Shown here piece by piece: positions 10,201-19,787 of a stretch of DNA of 20,000 nt. The notes under the pieces are model-generated. The model was not told where the DNA came from. It was given only the letters and a program-made list of their open reading frames with translations, and made no database searches. Position numbers and translations under genes: made by a program. This DNA comes from Rhizaria sp. SCN 62-66 (taxonomy: Eukaryota): positions 55,742-75,741 of the forward strand of contig MEDY01000108.1 in assembly GCA_001724265.1 (NCBI GenBank). The letters run 5' to 3'. How positions within the stretch are numbered: the stretch's first letter is position 1; every line of letters starts with the position of its first letter.

Positions 10201-12782
10201 TAACCCACGCGTTACTCCTCGAGCGCGGCTTCCTGCGCCGGGCACTCCACGCACACACTCGAGCTCTGGCTCCGCTTTTGACCCGTGTCGACGCTGTCTC
10301 GGCAGCGTTTGCGGCCGCGGCGGGCGGGGCGTATAGGCAGCTTGATGCGCTGCTGAGGGAGGGGCTGGCTCCTGGTGTAAGGGTTGATGCCGGACCCTTA
10401 GTTGACGGCCTTGGCGGAAACAGCAGTAATAACGGATCAATAGGCTCTGGCGCTGGCGCTGGCGCTGGTAATGTTGGTGTAAGTGCTAATGTAAGTGCTT
10501 CGCGTTTGACAGTGCCATCGTCACAGTTCGCTCTCTCAACTCTCGCCGCTACAGTGCCACACTTGCTACCACTGCTTAAAGGAGCAGCACGTGCCTTAGG
10601 GTGCCGCCCAGTCACTCGCCCTCATAGCAGTAGTATTATTGCGCAGCCACCGGTGGCATTGGGATATTACGCCGGTTTCGCACCGCCGCCGTCGCCGCCG
10701 TCGCCCTCCTCCGTTGCTGATGCTATTGTCAAGACCGCATTGGTTTCAGATGCTGCGTCAGCGTCAAATGCAGCATTTTCTGCTGATTCAGCGGCAGCAG
10801 CATCGGCGGCGGCGGCGGCGGCGTCAGAAGCAGCGGTTGCAGAGGCGGTTCGAACTGGAACATTGTTGCCGTGTCACTATTCGCTGTCGCTGGCGCGGTG
10901 GAGGTCGGCTGTCGCCGGGTCAGTGGCGGCTTATATTCGCGCTTTGAGTAGTCTCGACGCATCGTCACTGCAACCCACTTCCTCTCATCACCCCACTCAC
11001 CCTGGTATTCACAACGCGTACGCTGCTGCTGCGGGTCCACGCTGGAGTCCGTATGGCTGGGGCGATCTCTGCGCTGTTTTGGGAGCTGTGGCGCGCTCTA
11101 AAGCCAAAGTAAGGGCTCGTAGCAATCGCAATAACAACATCAACAACAACAATATCAGTACCAGTGGCGGCAGTAAAGCTAAGGTGACGGTCAAGATAGG
11201 TGTTGGAGCGAGCGCGATTGTAACCAAACCTGCTGCTGCTGCTGCTGCTGCGGCAGGGAGTAGGACTCAGACTAAGGCTACCACAACATCATCAGCAGCA
11301 GCAACAACAACAGCAGCAGCAGCAGCGGCAGCAGAAGTTAAAACAGCGGTTTCACGGACAGTCTCTGGCCGGGGAGATGTGCTTGGCGACAACGCCAGTG
11401 ATGTGAGTGCTGCTGCTGGCTCTGCTGCTGATGCAGTTGCAGTTAAGAATGCGACTGTGACGGAAGAAAGTGAACTTGAGTCGGAGTTAGAGTCAGATTT
11501 GGATGTTGATATGGACACTGGACTTACCGATGACGCGGTTGACGCTGATGACAACAACAACAGCAACAGCAATGATGATGACGACGATAATGACGAAGAT
11601 AATGCTGATTCTGATGGCTATGACGATGACGACGACGAAGGTGATGACAGTGTCAACGACGATACGACCAACGATACTACTGCTAATTACGATGACGACG
11701 ACGACGGCGACGCTGATCGTAACAATAGTTACAGCGCTGCCGTTGGAAACAACCACAACAACGAAGACGATGACGTCAACGTCAGTCGTGGCGGCAGCAC
11801 CGGCGGCGGCGGCGACGACGACGAGTCAGTGCCAGGGCCAGCGCCAGTGTCAGAGTATGTGCCAGTCAAAGTGCCAGAGTCTGCGCTCGAGTCTGTGTCA
11901 GTGCCAGTCAAAGTGCCAGTGTCAGTACCGGTGAGGGCGTTGACTAAGCGCGTGCATTTCGATGCTAGTGTCTATCAAAACAGTTCCGGTTTCGACGACA
12001 GCGGCGATGGCTACGACAGCAACCAGGGTTATCTCAGCAACGGCGGCGGCGGCAGCAGCAGCAGCAACAGCAACGCTGCCGCCGTTGCAGCGGCAGCCGC
12101 CTCTCGACAGCAACAGCAGCAGCAGCCTCAGCCTCAGACGAGGGCTCGATGGGCGGTTCCTCCTGCTGCCGCTGCTGCTGCTGCCACAAACCGTCAGGAA
12201 CACTCAGGCATGAGTACCGGCGACTTAAGTACCTCCGGTGTAAGTACCGGTGGCGCAGTGAGGCCGGCGTGGATTGATCATCTCAGTGACTGGGGACCTG
12301 CCCACAGTCATTTAGCTGCTGCTCACGGTCACTCCGCTACTGCTGCTCACGCTCAGTCGGCTGCTCACGGTCACGCACAGTGGCTTGATGAAGAAAGCGC
12401 TGACGACGATAATACTGGTGACAACAACAACAGCAGTAGTGGCGATAACAGCGGCCGTTCCGCACTCGCTCCCGCCCATGCCCCTGCGACTGCCGCTGCT
12501 GCTGCTCATGCTGCTGCTTTTCTGCCTGTGTCGAGGACCGCGACCGCTGCTCCGACTGCGGCTGCTGCTAGGACTGCAACCGTTACAAGGACTGCGAATG
12601 CAGCTGCGGCTGGGAATGCAACTGCGACGAAGAACGCTGCTGCTGCTGCTCCTGCGGCTGCGAGCGCGGCTGCTGTTGTGCCTGTCGGCGCGCTAACAAG
12701 TGGCACTGGTTCAATAGCGTCGACGACGGCGATGTTGAGTGAAATGCAGCGGCTGCAAGATATGCTAGATCGATTCCAGTAA
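4287..12782 (+). CDS. Very large (~2650 aa) low-complexity protein of unknown function with poly-Q/A/N/D/G tracts and probable coiled-coil segments. Three exons: 4287-4372, 4556-4790, 5151-12782 (alternative acceptor at 5211). Contains an in-frame TAG at 6489-6491.
   Basis: ATG at 4287 (MRPSGSGSGS..), donors GTACGC at 4373 and 4791, acceptors TTTAG|4556 and CTTAG|5151, all phase-compatible (2,0). ORFs 5295..6491 and 6669..12782 share a frame and the 59 codons between them are open. Heptad-like stretches include LRRAQARASAESSRAEKAERIAAAAQREIALLRQQLERSE and the C-terminal MLSEMQRLQDMLDRFQ. Ends in TAA. No family recognised. Confidence 0.8.
4373..4555 (+). other. Intron 1 of the large gene (183 nt, phase 2)
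   Basis: CC|GTACGC ... long polypyrimidine tract ... TTTAG|C; frame preserved. Confidence 0.75.
4791..5150 (+). other. Intron 2 of the large gene (360 nt, phase 0; alternative acceptor CACAG at 5210 is also in frame)
   Basis: CAG|GTACGC donor, AT-rich interior, pyrimidine-rich 3' end, acceptor TCTTAG|GCG. Confidence 0.7.
5441..5777 (+). repeat. CAA/CAG poly-glutamine and QP-repeat region (coding)
   Basis: Several runs of CAA/CAG and CCTCAG units in the reading frame of the large gene. Confidence 0.9.
6489..6491 (+). other. In-frame TAG inside a poly-Gln run of the large gene (candidate sense/recoded codon)
   Basis: CAG CAG TTT CAA CAA TAG CAG CAG CAG CGG; the frame stays open for more than 2000 further codons. 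Confidence 0.8.
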
Positions 12783-12784
12783 CT

Positions 12785-13092
12785 CGCATCACGTCGGTTA
12801 AATGGGATCAACATCTGCAGTGCAATTTGCGATGTTAGATCGACTCTAGTGAGCCCGCATCACGCCACGTCAAAGCAAGCGATATGATATCGGCGACACT
12901 GCAGTGTAATACGCAGTAGTCACGATCACACGACGTCAGGGCATATCAACGACACTGCAGTGCATTGTGCAGCGAACTTATACACGCATTACAGTCCCGA
13001 TGTCTGCGGTGTCGTATCGACGACTGCAGTGCAGTGTGACATCAAGCACTACTATGCAGTGCAATGCGGAGTCAAGGACTGCAGTGCACTGC
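12785..13092. repeat. Degenerate tandem repeat built around a (CGACA)CTGCAGTG core in the convergent 3' intergenic region
   Basis: CTGCAGTG at 12815, 12899, 12955, 13024 and 13079, plus TGCAGTG at 13055; three copies are preceded by TATC-RR-CGAC. Confidence 0.7.
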
Positions 13093-13319
13093 GACATGTT
13101 CGACCAGAGGTTCTAGTTAACAATGCTATTGCATGCATTCATAACAAAACTGATTCTTTAGTAAAATTATGTTTTATTTAGCTTAATCAACGTATACATA
13201 TCAACAATAAACAAATTACCTTTTCATAACTCAAAAATTGCTCGAAATATGAACATAAAGCGGCGAAGATTGCAGCTCAGTAAACATCGGTAAACATATT
13301 ACGTCATCGTCATGGTCAG

Positions 13320-15514
13320 TCACTTCAACTCGTCGCGATTTGCGCAAATATCCCCGACAATCGGCGTGAGACAGCGGTACAACTCCATCGCTTGCTCATA
13401 CCCTTGCCCCGTCACCATCCCATCCAACAGCAACTGCGACAACGCCTGCCGTCCGCCTGCAGCGAAAAACGCCGCAATGTACTCATTCCTCGCCGCGCTG
13501 CGCGGGGAGGTGGTGGTGGCGGGGACCTCCCATAGCAAAGGGTCGGGGAAGATGTCGCCGAGCTGGATCATAATTCGCACAGTGTCTAAAACGCGGTTCA
13601 GCGTCCTACCTGAAGGGGCGATCCCAGCTTCGGCAGCAGCGGCAAGAGTACGTGCGCAGTATTGCATTGCGCCAGACTCTAACATAGTATGAGCAACTTG
13701 GGTAACGAGACTGGGAGGGGTATTTCGCCCGCTGCCGCCACGACCACCACCGCCGCCACCGCCGTCAGTCATCGCTGCCGCGGCAGTCGCCGCCACCGCG
13801 GCTTCACTTAAAGCGACATCAGTCCCAGTCGCAGTCGCAGTGGTTGACACGGCTTCACTTAAAGTAGCCGATGCGGATTCACTTTGATTAACCGCAGCGG
13901 CTTCACTTAACGCGCTGTATAGCACCCACGACATTTCATACGCCACTCCCCACTTCGGACTGGCGATATCCCTCACAGGTACCGGCACCCGCGGTAACAA
14001 CACCTGCAGTACACGTGACTGCAGCACCACGCGTGCCACCATCACAGGTCCGTCGCTGATAAGATTACCCAATAACCATGCCAATTCTTTCCATTGAACA
14101 AAGACATCTGCGCTAATGCGCCTTTCTCCTTCCCCGCCGCCGCCTCCGCCGCCGCCTCCGCCACCGCCTCCGCCGCCGCCGCCTCCGCCCAGCCCCAGAG
14201 GCAGCGGCCCCAGAGGCCCGGGAGCCTCTATCTCTATAGCAGCAGCAAGATGGGTCAAATGCGCCAGTACATCCAGGGTGAAAATGCGTGTCACGAATGC
14301 GCTGTTAAGCATCGCCGCGTTGCCAAGTAGCCTGAGCGCGGGTAGCCGTAACATCCGTAGCCTGGAGCTGTTCAGAGATGACTGCTGAGACTGAGACTGG
14401 AGGGATGAGAGGACAAGCTGGAGCAACTCGCTCCCCATCCCCTCACTATGGGGGGACGAGAAGTCCCCCGCCTTGTGACTATGAGAGTCACCCGCCTCTT
14501 CACTATAGGAAGGGAGGAGGAGGCGCTGGAAACACGCGAGTGCGCTCGGCGCGCTAAAAACAAACGAGAGCGCGTTTAAAGTCTCAGAAAGTATACTGAT
14601 ATCATCATAATCACTTTCGCTATCATTATCATCGTCGTTATTGCCATTATTGGCAAGAGCACGTGCGTGATCGGAGTTGTACTGGTCAGAGTTAGAACCC
14701 CCATTGCGGCCATTGACGTCAGTAGCAGCAGTATCAGCATTGCCAGCAGCAGCACCGATAGCGGCATTATAATCGTCGTTGTCAGTGTCGTTCATAAGGA
14801 GACTGCGGCGGCTGCTGTGGCTGCAGCCACGGTTTTGACTGGTGGTGGTGGTGATGGTGATGATATTGAGGCTGAAACAGAGTCTGTGCAGAGCCAAAAG
14901 AAGCGGCCTAACATATTGCTCAGTCACAATGAATGGTAATGGCGGTTTTACGGCAAGACACGCGTTTACGGTCTCTATCAGAGCCTTTCGCACTGGGGCA
15001 AAACCAGTCGTAGCAGGAATGTGAGTTAGCCCTGCCTCTCCATAACCAAGACGATTGCTATAAAGCTGAAGCTGAGGCAGAAGATAGCTATTATTTGGAT
15101 TATTAATACTATTGCTATGATTGTGGTGAGCTCCTCGAGTGACACAAGTTCCTTCGTTGGAGTGATAGTGGCCGATACAGTTACGGTCGTTACTGCTACT
15201 GCTGCTGTTGTTGTTGTTGTTGTTGTTGTCATAACCGTATATTTGCAGGGTACACCGGCACAAGTGGGTGACGACTCCAGTGTTAATGAGCGTGCTGACA
15301 GCGGCTCGGGAGCCGCTACGTGCGAGGTTACCTATGATCACAAGTGCCAGATCAGCTGTTGTCGCATCGAATATCGGCGGTGAAGCAACCGTTACTGCAT
15401 TTACTGCTTTCACGGTCACAGTCGTAGGCACTCCAACCGCAGTGACAGCGGCAGTCGCATCGGTGGCAACAACATCAGCAGCATCAGGTGTCTCAGAAGG
15501 AGTAGGATCATCAA

Positions 15515-15546
<32 letters not shown>

Positions 15547-16025
15547 TTGTTCAAGGAGGGAAGTGGCAGAAAACGGGAACATAGTTTCTCAGGAATCTTG
15601 CACTTAAACAGTGCAATTGACCCCACGTGTGTTTCGGCGAGGTTCGCGAAGAAGACGAGAATATGCCTTTTCCACGCACAGTCGATTTGATTGTTGATTG
15701 TGACAGAGTTCAGCAGCCAGTCAAACACGTGATATTCTTCGCATAGGTTGATACCGGTCCAGAGATCGCTGTCAAGGAGAGTCTTTAACCGAACGAACGC
15801 CGTTGCTGCCGCCGCCGCCGTTGCAGCCGCCGCTGCTGCTGCTGTTGCTGTTGCTGTTGCTGGGGCGGTAGCGGCGGCGGCAGCAGTGGTGGCGGCGGTG
15901 GCGGTGGCAGTTGAGACAGGTGCGGCTGTGGTGACTGTGGCAGCGACAGAAGCAGCTGACAGAGAAGTTAGGTCGGCTAAGATGTTGTGAAACTCAACAT
16001 AAAACTGATCATCTTCCCGCAACAT
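13320..16025 (-). CDS. Divergent importin-alpha-like armadillo (ARM) repeat protein, 901 aa, with low-complexity insertions
   Basis: Long uninterrupted ORF with ARM helix-3-like motifs: LVFFANLA, ALVIIGNLA, CLAVKPPLPF, ILSETLNALSFV, LPALRLLGNA, KELAWLLGNL, YEMSWVLYSA. No basic IBB domain visible. Ends in TGA. The 5' end may be preceded by an intron acceptor (CCTTAG at 16037-16032). Confidence 0.7.
14132..14190 (-). repeat. Poly-glycine (GGC/GGA) coding repeat, ~20 Gly
   Basis: Read directly in the ARM ORF. Confidence 0.9.
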
Positions 16026-16804
16026 CTGCGTCTAAGGATAGGGTAAAAGCGAGCAAGATCGCGCAGTATATGTACAGTCGTTTCCACGTAGAAGACAGAA
16101 ACTTGTGAGGGAAGCAAGAGACTTCACGGAATTAACGGAATATCTTAGGCTCGCGATGGTTTGCGGCTGTCAAGGTTTCTGTTGTCGTTGTGTACCGAAG
16201 GCAATTAAACCAACACAATAAAATGAATAATATGGCAAAATACCCGCAGATATACACCTAAGTGACATGTGAAGCGCGAGGTAATGTGAGATAAAAAGGC
16301 AATATGACATGAAATGATGAGTTGCGCTTGGAGCAACGGGAGTGTGGTTGGCGTGGAAAAGTAGGATCAGTTCGTGGCAATCAACAGCGCATATAAAGAT
16401 TCTGCAAATGTTTACACATAGAATTATACGTTTTAATTCTATTGATTGCAGGCGAATGTGCTTACACGGTTATTTAACAGCGCACATCTCTCCCAAACTT
16501 TAGCTTAGCCTTGTCGATCCAAGTCCAGGTGGAAAGGGTCGATTTGTAGTGAGTTACTAGTACGTACGGTACATGTACTAGTATTGTTATATCATGAATT
16601 GCACCATTATAACAGTGATATTGTTGTGTATGTACACGTAGCAGACATAGATTCATATATATATATATTATAAGCATCGAGGCTCACTCACAATTGGCCA
16701 TTTTTCTTCATTCAACAATCTCTCTCTATCACAGTCCAAACTAAAGCATTCAGGCACGCGCAGTAACTCAAGCTCTCACGATGTCACGGTCCGAGGCGCC
16801 GGGC

Positions 16805-18091
16805 TCACATCTGCGCGCACTGCGGGCCCGCACCGCCGTGGCCGCGGCCGTGCGCGTGCGCCAGCTCCTCCTCCTGCGCCTGGATGGCGGCCTCATCCTC
16901 CTCCTGCTGCTCCTGCAGCCGCTTGGCGACGGCGGCGGAGAACTGGCCCGCCTCGACCACCTCTGGATCGACGCCCGCAGGCAGCTCGGGCGCGGGCGCG
17001 GGCGCGGGCAGCAGCGGCCTCAGCGCGGCGAGCAGCGCGGGGGACACGTCACGCGGCATGCGCACCCGCAGCTTGATGTAGAGGTCGCCGCGGTGCGCCG
17101 GGTCGCCGACCTTGGGCATGCCCTCGCCCGGCACGATGACCAGGTCGCCGGTGTTGGCCGCGGCGTTGGCGGGCGAGACGACGGTAACGAGGCGCCCGTC
17201 GTAGTGCTCGAATGTGTAGGTCCAGCCGCCGAGCGCCTCGATGAGCTCGATCTCGCGCTCCAGCAGCAGGTTTGTCACGCTGTCGCCCATAAGCGAGAAC
17301 ATCGGACGCAGCGGCGATGGTGGCGTCTTGCGTTTGCGCGCGCGGACCTCATCCGACTCGAGCGTGAGCGTGACGATCACGTCGCCGGGCTCCACGTCGG
17401 GCGCCTCGTCAGCCTCGCCGGGGAAGACGATTTGCTGGCCCGCACGCATGCCGCGCGTGACCACGACCTCGATCTCCTTGGTCACAGGAACCGTCTTGGT
17501 GCCCTTGCAGCCCGTGCACGCGTCTTCGGGGCGCAGCACGGAGCCCGTGCCGCGGCAGCCGTCGCAGGGCCCGACGAACTGCTGCACCATGTTGCCCTGG
17601 CGGATCATGCGCATGCTCTGGCCAGAGCCGCGGCACTTGCCGCAGGTCGCGTCGACGCCGGGTTTCGTGGTGCCCTTGCCCGCGCAGTCCACGCACACGC
17701 GCTTGCGCGAGATCTTCAGCCGCGCTGTCTTGCCGTTGTACAGGTCCTCCAGCCCGACCGAGAGGGAGAAGGGCACGTTCTGCGTGCGCTGTGGCCCGCG
17801 GCGGCCGCCGCCGAAGCCGAAGAAGCCGCCGGCGCCGGCGTCGGGGTTGCCGCCCGCCTCGAGCCCCTCCTGGCCGTACTCGTCGTAGATCTTGCGCTTC
17901 TTGGCGTCCGTCAGCACCTCGTAGGCGTTGTTGATCTCCTTGAACGTCTGCTCCGCCGTCGGGTCGCCCGGGTTGCGGTCTGGGTGCGTGCGGATCGCGG
18001 CGCGCTTGAACGCCTTGCGGATTTCGTCATCGGACGCCGTGGGAGCAACGCCCAGGAGGTCATAAAGCTTGGTGTCTTTCGCTGCAGGCAT
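16805..18091 (-). CDS. DNAJA: Type I DnaJ/Hsp40 co-chaperone (DNAJA/Ydj1 family), 428 aa, intronless, C-terminal CaaX prenylation box
   Basis: N-terminal J-domain (DTKLYDLLGV..HPD..FKEINNAYEVL), G/F-rich linker, LEDLYNGKT motif, four CxxCxGxG-type zinc-finger repeats (CVDCAGKG, CGKCRGSG, CDGCRGTG, CTGCKGTK), C-terminal domain (GEGMP..GDLYI), ends PQCAQM* (TGA). Confidence 0.97.
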   Translation of the reverse strand: MPAAKDTKLYDLLGVAPTASDDEIRKAFKRAAIRTHPDRNPGDPTAEQTFKEINNAYEVLTDAKKRKIYDEYGQEGLEAGGNPDAGAGGFFGFGGGRRGPQRTQNVPFSLSVGLEDLYNGKTARLKISRKRVCVDCAGKGTTKPGVDATCGKCRGSGQSMRMIRQGNMVQQFVGPCDGCRGTGSVLRPEDACTGCKGTKTVPVTKEIEVVVTRGMRAGQQIVFPGEADEAPDVEPGDVIVTLTLESDEVRARKRKTPPSPLRPMFSLMGDSVTNLLLEREIELIEALGGWTYTFEHYDGRLVTVVSPANAAANTGDLVIVPGEGMPKVGDPAHRGDLYIKLRVRMPRDVSPALLAALRPLLPAPAPAPELPAGVDPEVVEAGQFSAAVAKRLQEQQEEDEAAIQAQEEELAHAHGRGHGGAGPQCAQM

Positions 18092-18861
18092 TGTGACGAC
18101 AAATGGGCTGCTTGAGGAAAGTGGTGTGGTTTACTGAGACGGTAAGTGGAGAGGAAGAAGTGAAGGAAGGCAGTGAGTTAGTCTGAAAGGGAGTTTGAAC
18201 GAATGTGGCGTGCAATCGTCAGCACAATAAATATAATTAATGTAAGTAAAACTCAGTGTTGATTTAGTGCGTTTTATCGCTGATTTGCGTTGAAATACGA
18301 CGCAGATGTATCAATATGCTTGAAACAAAATTCCCCCCAGTCCCTCTTCGGTCGGTCGTTGGAAAGATTTATTCGAGAGAGTTCTCGAACTTGTGGCCGA
18401 GACCTCCCCACCACAAACGCATTTTTGAAACACACAATCACGGATATAACGCGCCTAAACAATGTTTAATCATTTGACATAATGAATAAAGCGATATTTT
18501 TGGAGAATACATTATATATATCAAATTCGCCTTCATTTGACATGTTTGTCCTGCTTATAAATGCTTTATGTGTGGCTCAAATCGAACCTCTCATTGCCCT
18601 TATAAACTAGCTCTAGGTTATGCATGTGTCAGTCGAACTTTCCGTGATTGAGTCCGAGTGGCCCATTAGCATTAGTAGTGATCAATCATGCTGATGATCA
18701 TAGTCTATACTCTTACCATAAACTCTGCATATGACTGAGTGACACTCTCAAGAGGACATCGAACGTGTGACAATACCGTTGCAGATCCATGTTGCAACGC
18801 ACTTCCATGTGATGATTTGTTCTCGTGTGTGCTGTTCTGCTGTTGTTGATGCGCTGAGCAG

Positions 18862-19068
18862 GCCGCTCCGGTGCTGGAGCACCACGCGGCCTTCAACAAG
18901 ATGCTGGTGCTGCCCACGGAGGACACGCTGGTGCAGCTCGCCGTGATGGCCAAGGCGCACCTCGCGCCCCTCATCTCGGCCAAGATCCTCGCAAAGGAGA
19001 AGGGGCCCATGAAGCCGCCCAAGATGCCTCGCAAGAAGGTTGTCGCGCCGCCCGAGGAGGTGTTCTAA
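18862..19068 (+). CDS. Probable terminal coding exon (68 aa) of an unidentified gene; upstream exons not found
   Basis: Abrupt switch to strongly G/C-ending codons like those of the DnaJ gene, right after a T-rich tract and CAG acceptor (18859-18861). Reads AAPVLEHHAAFNKMLVLPTEDTLVQLAVMAKAHLAPLISAKILAKEKGPMKPPKMPRKKVVAPPEEVF* (TAA), followed by a T-rich 3' UTR-like region. Confidence 0.6.
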   Translation, partial: AAPVLEHHAAFNKMLVLPTEDTLVQLAVMAKAHLAPLISAKILAKEKGPMKPPKMPRKKVVAPPEEVF

Positions 19069-19488
19069 GCGCAGCCGGGCGGGAGTAACACGCGTTTGCT
19101 TCATTGTTGTGATTTGTGTTTCAATCTACGTATCGTTTGTTGTTTTTCGACTTGCTTTTTATATTCTTTCTCTTTTGCTCTATATAGTCAGTAATATTAC
19201 TGACTATATCAAGTGCAAATGCGTCTACCCGTGAGTGTAGGCGCCGATAATGCCATACAAAGCTTCCTTTTCAACCTCAAAGCATTACATGCAATATTTG
19301 TACAGTACATGTACCGTACATGTATGTCTGTTTGTCACTCAAAAGTAGGTTGTGGTGGTTGCTGGAGTTGGCTGTTTAGGCGACAATCCTCTTTAGAAGG
19401 ACCAGCTCAAGCTGTAAACATATCGTATCTTGAATTGTCATAGTACAATACATAACATACTTGACTCTTTGATCTCAAGATGACGAAT

Positions 19489-19541
19489 ATGTCTTCGGAA
19501 AACTGAGGGATGTGTTCGGAAAACTGAGGGATGTTCTGGAA
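19489..19541. repeat. 21-bp tandem direct repeat (ATGTSTTCGGAAAACTGAGGG) x2 plus a partial third copy
   Basis: 19489-19509 and 19510-19530 differ at one base; ATGTTCTGGAA follows. Confidence 0.85.
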
Positions 19542-19787
19542 TTGCAGCGCGTGGCAATGCGGCGAGTCGTCGGCATCGATCGAGCTGAATTTTATCACAT
19601 TTACTGTCGTAAATCGGCCGACATCAAGGATAAACATGTATTTATCAAGTAAATTATATATGCCGATGCACTTTCCTAAAATCACATTTCATTATACTGT
19701 AGTTACACGCGGAAATCTATTGAACCAGGCTTCACTTGAGCTTGAACTTCACAATCTTCTTCGTTTGATATCTACGTCAGTATAGCC

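Noticed and set aside
12785-13092. CRISPR-like repeat-spacer array
   Set aside because: Repeats are short and degenerate, spacing is irregular (24-84 nt), spacers share motifs, there are no cas genes, and the context is eukaryotic.
5269-15990. Many short alternative-frame and antisense ORFs (poly-L, poly-V, poly-T, poly-R)
   Set aside because: By-products of trinucleotide repeats within the real coding frames.
16781-18115. 444-aa plus-strand ORF antisense to DnaJ
   Set aside because: Shadow ORF produced by the extreme G/C third-position bias of DnaJ; it coincides with the DnaJ gene and has no recognisable protein features.
18274-19785. Short ORFs 18274..18462, 19040..19234, 19213..19443, 19407..19685 and 19531..19785
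   Set aside because: AT-rich intergenic or UTR sequence without the codon bias or motifs of the real genes.
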